A stretch of DNA of 64,000 bases from positions 1 through 64,000 of the forward strand of contig JBMNHG010000003.1 of the NCBI GenBank assembly GCA_050950285.1. Direction: 5' to 3'. Each line of letters begins with the position of its first letter. Positions within the stretch are counted from its first letter, which is position 1. The position numbers were made by a program, and so were the translations under genes. Under the pieces are notes generated by a model. The model did no database searches. It saw nothing but the letters and a program-made list of their open reading frames with translations, and was not told where the DNA came from. This document shows positions 30,633 to 38,708 of this stretch, piece by piece. The DNA comes from Kiritimatiellia bacterium. GTDB lineage: Bacteria; Verrucomicrobiota; Kiritimatiellia; RFP12; JBMNHG01.

Positions 30633-30658
30633 GTGTCATGACATGTAAGAGGTGAACC

Positions 30659-30886
30659 ATGATCAAGACACTGACCAAACACGGCAACAGCTACGCGATG
30701 GTGATCGACAAGCCGATCCTCGAGCTGCTCCACACCACGCCGGACACGCCATTCGAGATCATCTCGGACGGTCGCTCGCTCGTGCTGACGCCGGTACGCG
30801 ATGACGCGACCGGGAGGAAGTTCGACGCTGCCGTCGCCATGCTGCACAAGCGGTTCGGAAAAGCCATGAAGCGTCTGGCCGAGTAA
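30659..30886 (+). CDS. AbrB/MazE/SpoVT-family antitoxin, copy A
   Basis: LTKHGNSYAMVIDKPILELL...MKRLAE, directly upstream of a doc remnant. Confidence 0.88.
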   Translation: MIKTLTKHGNSYAMVIDKPILELLHTTPDTPFEIISDGRSLVLTPVRDDATGRKFDAAVAMLHKRFGKAMKRLAE

Positions 30887-30889
30887 TCC

Positions 30890-31067
30890 ATGGGCGCGCC
30901 CCTCTTTCTCAGTCTCTGGCCAAGTCATCCGCATCGTCTTCCTGGCGGTCAACGACATCGAGATCAAGGCGGACGAGGACAGCCTCGCGAGCCTGACGCT
31001 GGCGGTTGCCGATGGGAAATCCGGCAAACGCGAGATTGCCGGGTTCTTTCGCGCGCGCGCTCATTGA
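30890..31067 (+). pseudogene. Doc (death-on-curing) toxin with its centre deleted
   Basis: MGAPLFLSL is joined to IVFLAVNDIEIKADEDSL..LAVADGKSGKREIAGFFR; the Fic motif is absent. Confidence 0.75.
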
Positions 31068-31385
31068 GCGACACCCTTGGTGACTAACTCCACGGCAGCC
31101 CCGGCCTCGGTCGGGGCTGCCTCAGTCATGGACTCGAACTCAGAAGAGGCCGCACCGGATCGATTGGCCGCGTACACCGCTCGCGCGAAACCCATAGGCG
31201 TGGCGCTGCGGAGATGGCCGCGTTCGGGCGACGGCGGGAACCGGAGCGTCCAGTTGCCCGGCATCGGTTCGATCCGTTGTTTCGGGGGCATCACGAATCC
31301 GCCGCCACTCCACAGGCATGTCCGTTTCGCCCACGGGTCGCCGTAATCGCACGGATCGAACACATGGTCCGGCTTGCGGTCATGT
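31061..31385 (-). pseudogene. C-terminal fragment of a phage cytosine-methyltransferase-like gene
   Basis: RKPDHVFDPCDYGDPWAKRTCLW...RSATPMGFARAV. Confidence 0.5.
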
Positions 31386-31424
31386 TGCCGGTGAAATCGC
31401 AGAGGCTGAGGACGATGCCTTTCA

Positions 31425-32840
31425 TTATTCGGCCCCCTTAACCGGCGCTGCCGCATCAGGGCCTTCGCTGGTAACGTTCTCGTCACCAGTGATTGCTCCT
31501 GATAAAGAATCCTTTACCAGGAGTCTTTCGGCCTTCCTGCCCGTGAACTCCTCCCAGCGCTTCACGATCACGTCGCAGTACGGCGGGTCGAGTTTCATCA
31601 GGAACGCCCGCCTGCCGGTCTGCTCGCACGCGATCAGCGTCGAGCCGCTCCCGCCGAACAGGTCCAGGACATTCTGGCCCGGCAGCGACGAGTACTGGAT
31701 CGAACGCACCGCCAACTCGACGGGCTTCTCGGTCAGGTGGATCATCGCCTGCGGGCTGACCTTCTTGACGTGCCAGAGGTCCGTGGCGTTGTTGGGGCCG
31801 TAGTACTTGTGGCCCGCGCCTTCCTTCCAGCCGTAGAAGCAGATCTCGAACGCGCCCATGAAGTCCTTGCGCGTCAGCACTGGATGCTGCTTGTCCCAGA
31901 CGATCCCCTGGCTGAAGTAGAATCCGGCTGCGGCCAGCGGCGCGGGATAGTTGCCGATGTTGGCGTAGCCGCCCCAGATGTAGAACGAGCCGCCCGGCTT
32001 GAGCACCCGCGAGGCGTTGCCGAACCACGCCAGGAGCATCGCGTCGAATGCGTCGGCGGTCACGAAGTCGTTCTCGAGCGGGCGGTCCTTGGCCCGCATC
32101 TTCTTCCGAGCCTTCTTCGGATCGACCACGCCCCGCGCCTGGTCGAAGCCCTGGTGGTGGGCGATCTTCTGCCAGTCCCGACCCCACGCGCCGCTCGTGC
32201 CCGCCGCAATGGCCGTGGCGCTGCGCGGCTCGACCTTGACGTTGTACGGCGGGTCCATGTTCACGAGGTCGATGGTCGCGCCGTCGAGCAGGCGGTCGAG
32301 GTCCTCGACGCTCCCGCTGTCGCCGCACATCAGGCGGTGGTTGCCGAGCACCCAGACGTCGCCGCGCTGGGTGACGGGCGTGTCCGGCGGTTCCGGCACA
32401 TGGTCGGGATCGGTGAGCCCCTCGGCCACGTCGCCGTCGAGCAGGTGCGCCAGTTCCTCCTCGCCAAATCCCAGCAGGCTCAAGTCGTAGTCGGCCCGCT
32501 GGAGGTCCTTCAGCTCGATAGGCAGCAGCTCGAAGTCCCACTCGGCCAGCGTCGCGGTCTGGTTGTCGGCGATCCGGTACGCCTTGACCTTCTCCGGCGG
32601 CAGATCGGTCGCCACATGAACCGGCACCTGGGCCAGGCCGAGCTTCTTCGCCGCCTTCCAGCGGGTGTGCCCGACGATGATGACGCCCTCGGCGTCAACC
32701 ACGATGGGCTGGCGGAACCCGAACTCCTTCAGGCTGGCCGCCACGGCGTCCACCGCGTCGTCGTTGACGCGCGGGTTGCCGGGATAGGGTTTGATGGCCT
32801 CGATAGGCCGCAATTCGACATCGAACGTCCTGGTCGTCAT
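31425..32840 (-). CDS. ParB-N domain plus N4/N6 DNA methyltransferase (prophage type)
   Basis: PYPGNPR..IIVGHTR (ParB); DPPY; HLTEKPVEL; VLDLFGGSGST. Confidence 0.9.
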   Translation of the reverse strand: MTTRTFDVELRPIEAIKPYPGNPRVNDDAVDAVAASLKEFGFRQPIVVDAEGVIIVGHTRWKAAKKLGLAQVPVHVATDLPPEKVKAYRIADNQTATLAEWDFELLPIELKDLQRADYDLSLLGFGEEELAHLLDGDVAEGLTDPDHVPEPPDTPVTQRGDVWVLGNHRLMCGDSGSVEDLDRLLDGATIDLVNMDPPYNVKVEPRSATAIAAGTSGAWGRDWQKIAHHQGFDQARGVVDPKKARKKMRAKDRPLENDFVTADAFDAMLLAWFGNASRVLKPGGSFYIWGGYANIGNYPAPLAAAGFYFSQGIVWDKQHPVLTRKDFMGAFEICFYGWKEGAGHKYYGPNNATDLWHVKKVSPQAMIHLTEKPVELAVRSIQYSSLPGQNVLDLFGGSGSTLIACEQTGRRAFLMKLDPPYCDVIVKRWEEFTGRKAERLLVKDSLSGAITGDENVTSEGPDAAAPVKGAE

Positions 32841-33174
32841 GGTCTCATCTCCTCGTGCGTTGTGGGTTGAACTGAACAAGCGGACACTGAAAACAAACTT
32901 TGCCTATGCTCGGAGCTGTTCCCGCCGCCATCAGGAGGCTCCTGGGCCGCCAAGTACCTATTCTGGAGTTTCACCTTTTCACCCACCCTCACACGTACAC
33001 GCGCAAAAACACGCGGGCGGGCATCGTGCGCGGGGGTATGGGTGAATAGGTGAAACATGAAGAGAGAGTTGTTGTTTTCCTTTATATTTAGCGCTTTTAC
33101 GCGTTTCCCAAGTTTCACCCTGCGGGGGTGAATCTTGGGTGAACCTTGGGGAATCTTCAGCGGGGTCAGGGCGT

Positions 33175-33810
33175 TCATGTTTCACCCCCCGGTGAAGTTT
33201 CACCCTGGAGATTCACCCCTCCCGCCAAGCGGTACGAGCGAATCGGCCAGCCCGGTTTGGCTGTGGTCGAGATCTCGATGTCTCCCTGCTGGACGAGCGT
33301 CTCGATCAGCATGGAGAAGCTCTTCGAGTCCATCTTCATGCGCTTGAGGAGCACGCTGTGCGGCAACTCCCCGCCTGGCGCGGCACGCAGCTTCTCCACC
33401 GCCTTGAGGCATTCGGCATGGAACGGGTTGTCGGCAACGTGACCTGCCGCCATGAACAGCATCCGCCTGGTCTGGTGCATGACGAACGCGGACGCCCACT
33501 CGACGGCGGCCAGGCCGATGCGCGGGGCGAGGTGGTCCTCGCTGACGGCGTAAAGGAGCGCCAGCTTGCGGGTCTGCTCGCTGACACGTCCCCAGACCGT
33601 GGTGCCGACCGAATCGCCTTTGGCCTCGGCGGCCGTGTATTCGGCCTCGGCCTGCTCGCGGCACGCAATCAGCCGCCGCCTGGCCTCGTCGGTGTGGTCG
33701 ATCACCGTGGGCACTGGGGTCCAGTTCTCCAGGTTGCCCGTGCCCGGGCGGTAGTCGGCCCACCACTTGGCCGCCGCGAGCACGCTTGGCGGCAGATCCC
33801 GGATGATCGG
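33175..33810 (-). pseudogene. C-terminal fragment of a phage primase/helicase-associated (DUF3987-like) protein
   Basis: WGRVSEQTRKLALLYA..AVEWA..wHTH tail; no 5' part. Confidence 0.55.
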
Positions 33811-33903
33811 CCATCCTCGAAGCGGCCTTGAAATACGGGATTGATTTTGCGATCATGCTGTCCCACGCATCAAATCACCTGCTGACATATGGAAAAAGCA
33901 TTC

Positions 33904-34806
33904 ATGGGAACGAACAAAAGACGGACGCGGGCGCAGGATCCGCTGCTGGCGGAGATCGAGCGGGAACTCGGCCTGGGCCGATTCATCCGCTACGGGGACA
34001 TGTTCGATTTCGTCGCCGGTCTTGAGCAGGTTGAGCAGAAGCTGGCGACGCTGGTTTCCGGCGGAAACGCCGAACGCGCGGTGGGCCTTTATGAGGCTTT
34101 TCTAGCCGGTTGCTACGAGAAGATCGAGGAATGTGACGATTCCGGCGGCTACCTGGGCATGTTCTGGGACGACCTTTTTTGCGGATGGGTAAAAGCGCGA
34201 CAGGCGGCAGGGCGTCCGTCCTCCGAAACGGTTCAGCAGATCCTGAAGTGGCAAGAGCGCGATGACTACGGCTTCTGCTACGACATCGAAAAGGATGTGG
34301 CGAAGGTTCTGAATCCGGAGGCGTATGAAGCGCTTGTTGCGCATTACCGCAAGACGGTCGAGAACGGTCTGGCCGGTCTTTCGGGTCAGAAGCCCTGCGC
34401 GATCTTCGAATACGACAACAGCATCCGGCTTCCGGCCATGACACTGAAGGAAATGTACCGGGCGCGCGGAGATATTGCGTCGTATGCGGCGGTGTGCGAG
34501 CGGGACGACGCGGCGGCCGCGAAGCTGTACCGGGCGATGGGGTTTCGCATCCTGAATGCCAAGAAGAGCAAATACTACGAGAACGCCCTCGCGAACTTCG
34601 AGAACGCCCGCGATCTCTATAGGAAAGCGGGGCTGGAAAGCGAATGGGCCGCGCTGGTGGAGACCGTTCGGGCTGAACACGCGCGGAAATACGGTTTCAT
34701 GCCGGGCTTTGAGAAAATCACCTCGGGCGGGTCCCTCGAGGGGCCTTCCTTTGCCGAGCGCGCAAGAGCCCGATGGGCCAGGCAGATGGGAACTGGAGGC
34801 TCTTGA
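33904..34806 (+). CDS. Helical hypothetical protein (SWIM-associated type), probably internally deleted
   Basis: DDSGGYLG and RILNAKKSKYY..AL motifs; abrupt join at AVCER|DDAAAAKLYR. Confidence 0.5.
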   Translation: MGTNKRRTRAQDPLLAEIERELGLGRFIRYGDMFDFVAGLEQVEQKLATLVSGGNAERAVGLYEAFLAGCYEKIEECDDSGGYLGMFWDDLFCGWVKARQAAGRPSSETVQQILKWQERDDYGFCYDIEKDVAKVLNPEAYEALVAHYRKTVENGLAGLSGQKPCAIFEYDNSIRLPAMTLKEMYRARGDIASYAAVCERDDAAAAKLYRAMGFRILNAKKSKYYENALANFENARDLYRKAGLESEWAALVETVRAEHARKYGFMPGFEKITSGGSLEGPSFAERARARWARQMGTGGS

Positions 34807-34834
34807 GCAACATGAAGACCGTGCGAGACAACCC

Positions 34835-36397
34835 ATGAACAAACAGCATTTCAGGCCGGCCGGTCCTCCCGGCAGGGGCGACAAGTACCTGCGCGATGTC
34901 GCGCGTGACGTGCAACGCGCGATCCGGGCCGCCCAGCACGACTATCATGACGAGTCGCTCCGGTTGCGCCCGGCGGACCTTGCGGAACTGAGCCTCATTC
35001 TGGCGGAATTCGCCGAGGACCTGCACAACGACATCGGCATCTGGCGAACGTTCGAAGACTACAACCGGCAGTGGTTCGGAGTCCCGCTGCCGATTGCGGA
35101 GGGATGTGAAGGCGCGGATGGCGCCGTAATCACCGCCGACCGGGTCCGCCATCTGCTCTGGGTGCTGTTTGCGGTTCTGAACCCCGATCTGACCTTGGGA
35201 CCGGAACATCCCGACTTGCAATATCTCGCCGAAGCCGCGGCGAATGCGCTGGCGGCGCGCATGTCGCCCATTCCACGCGATTCGGGCGTAAAACGTTTTC
35301 TGGACACCCCCAACGAGCATGGGTGGGATATCAAGAAGAAGCTCGTTTGGCTCGGAACCCGGTCCTATCTTTTCCGCACAGCCTGCCGTCAATACCTCGC
35401 CGAACAGGAGGCGGACGTTGGGAACGACAAGATTGGGCCTACGGACGACTTCATCTGCCAGGAATGTACGCAGTGGTCGGGCCTCGGCGTCCTGGATGTT
35501 CTGGCCGGGGTCCTGCCGCTGACGGCGGACCAACGCGTCACGTTGCGCGGCTGGCACGAGCGCCATGCCGCGTTGTACCGGATAGACGCGGCGGAGGCGG
35601 ACGTCCTGGAGGTTACGAATCTGATCAGCGATCGGCCTTACCGGGTCATGATGGGCTCGGGGCCACAGCCGTTCCGGCCGGGCTCCATGGTTTTCGGCAG
35701 CCTCGTTCCCTGGGGGGACTACTGGTATTGGTCTGGGGCGCAGCGACAATACCCGGCCATGGACGCTGCCGCGGTCGAAGACATTCGGCAATCGATGATC
35801 GCCCGCTCGCCGTCCATCGTCTATCGTTACCGCAAGGACTTGTTGGCCCAGGCCGTGGCCGGCAACGAACGGCAATATCGGGAGTTCCTCGATTACCACG
35901 GGGGCAAGCAACTGGTCGTGTATCCGGATGGCCTGAGCATGGCCGCCGACGAACAGCGGCGATTCCGGCTGATGTACGAGGCGCGGTCCCGGAAGGACGT
36001 TGACCGGGTCATGGCGGAGCGGGGCCTGAAAAACCCCTGGCCGAACATGAAGTATCCGGACCACATCCTGAACTGTGTGAACGGAATCGGATTGCACTAC
36101 GATCCTCAACAAGGCGTGGAGATGATGGCCAACTTCAACGACGTGGCGGGCGGGTTCGCCAAGCAGGGCCGCGAGTTGACCGAGAACGAAATGGAGGCCA
36201 TCCGGGCCTTCATCCAGTCGCACTCGATATCGCCCTCGTTCGTCCGAAGTATCGTGCGGGAGCATGGCGATGCGTCCGCCCGCGCCGCATTCCTGCTGCG
36301 GGACCGGGGCCGGGCCTATGCGCTTGAGTACCTTTTGAGGCGGTACAAGGGATCCGCGTTTCGCAAGGTCTACCCGAACATGTCCATCGTGCCGTGA
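34835..36397 (+). CDS. Hypothetical protein (DUF3843-like)
   Basis: 520-aa ORF with WLGTRSYLFR and EYLLRRYKG motifs. Confidence 0.55.
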   Translation: MNKQHFRPAGPPGRGDKYLRDVARDVQRAIRAAQHDYHDESLRLRPADLAELSLILAEFAEDLHNDIGIWRTFEDYNRQWFGVPLPIAEGCEGADGAVITADRVRHLLWVLFAVLNPDLTLGPEHPDLQYLAEAAANALAARMSPIPRDSGVKRFLDTPNEHGWDIKKKLVWLGTRSYLFRTACRQYLAEQEADVGNDKIGPTDDFICQECTQWSGLGVLDVLAGVLPLTADQRVTLRGWHERHAALYRIDAAEADVLEVTNLISDRPYRVMMGSGPQPFRPGSMVFGSLVPWGDYWYWSGAQRQYPAMDAAAVEDIRQSMIARSPSIVYRYRKDLLAQAVAGNERQYREFLDYHGGKQLVVYPDGLSMAADEQRRFRLMYEARSRKDVDRVMAERGLKNPWPNMKYPDHILNCVNGIGLHYDPQQGVEMMANFNDVAGGFAKQGRELTENEMEAIRAFIQSHSISPSFVRSIVREHGDASARAAFLLRDRGRAYALEYLLRRYKGSAFRKVYPNMSIVP

Positions 36398-36564
36398 ACA
36401 GCCGGACCCGCCGCCCGGATCGTGGCATCGGCGACTTGGGACACGTCCGCGCCAACGGCGACGAGTTCAACGACGTCTCGCCATTTTCGCGTTCGCGGCA
36501 GTTGTCCAAGTCGGATGTGTCCCACGCGTCACCCCATCATGTTGCCCCATCGAAGATGCCACAT

Positions 36565-37615
36565 CTATTGCTCCTCGAATCCGAACGTGTCGAAACGCAG
36601 CGTGCGGCAGTTCTCGGTGACGTCCCGGATGGTCTTCTCCGTCGCTCCGTCAGGAATCTCGGCACGGATTTCCAGGGTTACCTCGACGTTGGCTCCGACA
36701 TGCTTCGACAGGTGTTGAATGACCTCGTCGGCGATGCGGCTTGCGTCCCGTCCGACCCGCAGCGAATCAAGCTGCACCGATCCGTGGAACCGCCGGTAGG
36801 TGGCTACGACCGGCTGCGTAGGCGGCGTTACGGCATCGGTTCTGCCCGTTGTGTTCGTGCCGGTTGTCTGGCCCTGTTCACCAGTGCGCTCGCCCTGCCA
36901 GGCCGGGTGCTTGTCGCGGTCGAGAATCTGGTCGGCCATGTCGCCAGGCCGGATGACCGTGCAGGGCATGATGCCAGAAATCTTCTGCCCCGGCCCGGCC
37001 AGGTTCAGGATCGCGCCGTTCAGGGTCTCCATGCGGGCCCGCACCTGCATGTCGCTGCGGGCCGACTCGTAGGTCTGCGGGTCGTCGAGCACCACCAGCG
37101 ACGGGCGCACCGCCCGACCGTCGGCACGCTTGAACTTCATGCCGCGAATCCGGCTCTCGATTCCCGCCACGCGGATGATCGTACCCGACGCCTTGCTGCC
37201 CGGAATCGTCGGCAGCACGATCTCGTCCGCCGTCCAGACAATGCGCGTGGGCTTGCCGCCGCAGAGCTGGCCCTTGGCCCGGTTGTGAATCCGCTCGAGC
37301 GCGTGGATCGGGAAGACCGCCTCGGGGAAATCGTCGAGCAGCCGCTCGTTGGTCTCGAACTCGACCTTGATGCTCTCCAGCATGCTGCGGGCATGCCCGG
37401 CGTCCGAGCCGATCAGGCAGACGAACTGCTGGGCCCCGGTCAGCATCGCCCAGATGCAGGCCGTCTCCGCCAGCGTGGTCTTGCCGCTGCCGCGCGGCAT
37501 CGCCATCGCAAACAGTCCGCCGCGCAGCACGGCGGTCTCGATCTTGGCGATCACCTTCAGGTGGTCGGGCGACCACGGCAGGCTGAAGGTCTCGGGGAAG
37601 TAGGCCTCGCAGAAG
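36565..37615 (-). pseudogene. Second GpA terminase fragment fused in frame to the C-terminus of a DUF499-type AAA ATPase
   Basis: Terminase sequence up to HPAWQGERT (~36883), then RFHGSVQLD..RVGRDASRIADEVIQHL..VTLEI.AEIPDG..ENCRTLRF. Confidence 0.75.
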
Positions 37616-37843
37616 CTTACCCGTCTGAAGAAGGCGGCGTTCCGCTGGGAGGCGGGGCGGGTGGTTGACGCGAGGTGACCGAGTTCCGGCGCGAGGCCGT
37701 GCCGTTTATGAGACCGGCTGAGTGCCTAGGATCATCGATTCCAATTCCTTCACATCCGCCCCATCGCCAAGGCGGGTCACTCCATCCATTCCGAGATGGC
37801 AAATGGCTGACTCCAATGTTCACCGCCGGGGAGAACTTGGCGC

Positions 37844-38707
37844 TCAAGGGCGAGGGGTGCGCCACGACTCAGTCGCTGCCTCCTCAGCCGAAGAAGGGCC
37901 CAGTTGTTGGGTACGGTGCGACGGTTGACGATCCCCGCCTATAATTCGACCCCGCATTGACCAGTCATACACATTGCTCGATAGCACATTCCCAGTATAG
38001 TCACGGCGTATATTGAGCCATGTCTGTCCCTCAAGCCTTCTTGCATATTCGACACACGATTTGTCCTGGTGATTCCGGAAAATCTCATGCTTGTCTTTCC
38101 ACCAAAACTTGCGCAGGGTTCCATCAAGGTCGAACTGCGCTTCAAAGCTGCGCACATCATCTCTCTCCAGCATCGCCGCATCCGCAAAGACAACGGCTTC
38201 CACCGATCCGACCACACTATTTGTGCCATGCGGGAAGACTCGCCAAGTTGTTGACCGCGACCTATCCTCGGCAGTGAGCCAAATGGAAGGACCGTGGGTA
38301 TGAATCTGGTAGTGTCGGTCTTTCAGTATTCCATCGATAGCCAAGGTGGCATCCTGCACAACGGCCAGAATAGACTGCATCTCCGGCCCTGCAGCAGCCG
38401 TGATCGGCGCGACGGTAGTGAACGCAGACGGGACGGGGGGCGGCCGGCGCAACACATGAGCTTGGGTTGATGCTTCCGCTGTTTCCTGTCTTGACTGCTC
38501 GGCCACTGGCAATCGATCGCGTTCTGTCGGGCGCATTGAAAATGGAAAGGAGTCTGCCATCAAGCCATCGCTCACGGCTGGAGTCCCATTTCGTCGGCGG
38601 GGCTCGTTGACGTCTGCCTTTCGTGCCACGAAAAACAGCAAAGTCAGCAACACTGAAGCGGCCAACGTTGCGGCAGTAATTGTCACGCCTCGCTTCATAG
38701 AGATCAT
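37844..38707 (-). CDS. Membrane-anchored exported protein, putative immunity protein for paralogue 3
   Basis: N-terminal TM segment and Pro/Ala linker; starts 1 bp after the toxin stop; unrelated to the other immunity-like ORFs. Confidence 0.6.
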   Translation of the reverse strand: MISMKRGVTITAATLAASVLLTLLFFVARKADVNEPRRRNGTPAVSDGLMADSFPFSMRPTERDRLPVAEQSRQETAEASTQAHVLRRPPPVPSAFTTVAPITAAAGPEMQSILAVVQDATLAIDGILKDRHYQIHTHGPSIWLTAEDRSRSTTWRVFPHGTNSVVGSVEAVVFADAAMLERDDVRSFEAQFDLDGTLRKFWWKDKHEIFRNHQDKSCVEYARRLEGQTWLNIRRDYTGNVLSSNVYDWSMRGRIIGGDRQPSHRTQQLGPSSAEEAATESWRTPRP

Positions 38708-38708
38708 C

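Noticed and set aside
30232..30687. 152-aa N-terminal extension of paralogue 2
   Set aside because: The equivalent region in copy B is frameshifted (C9 versus C8 tract), and all paralogues align from MHSMR followed by a signal peptide.
32960..33215. TTTCACCC/GGTGAA repeats as iterons or a cos site
   Set aside because: Irregular spacing and orientation; plausibly phage origin debris, but no function can be supported.
22999..37615. Functional prophage
   Set aside because: Both terminases are truncated, and no portal, capsid, tail or intact integrase gene is present.
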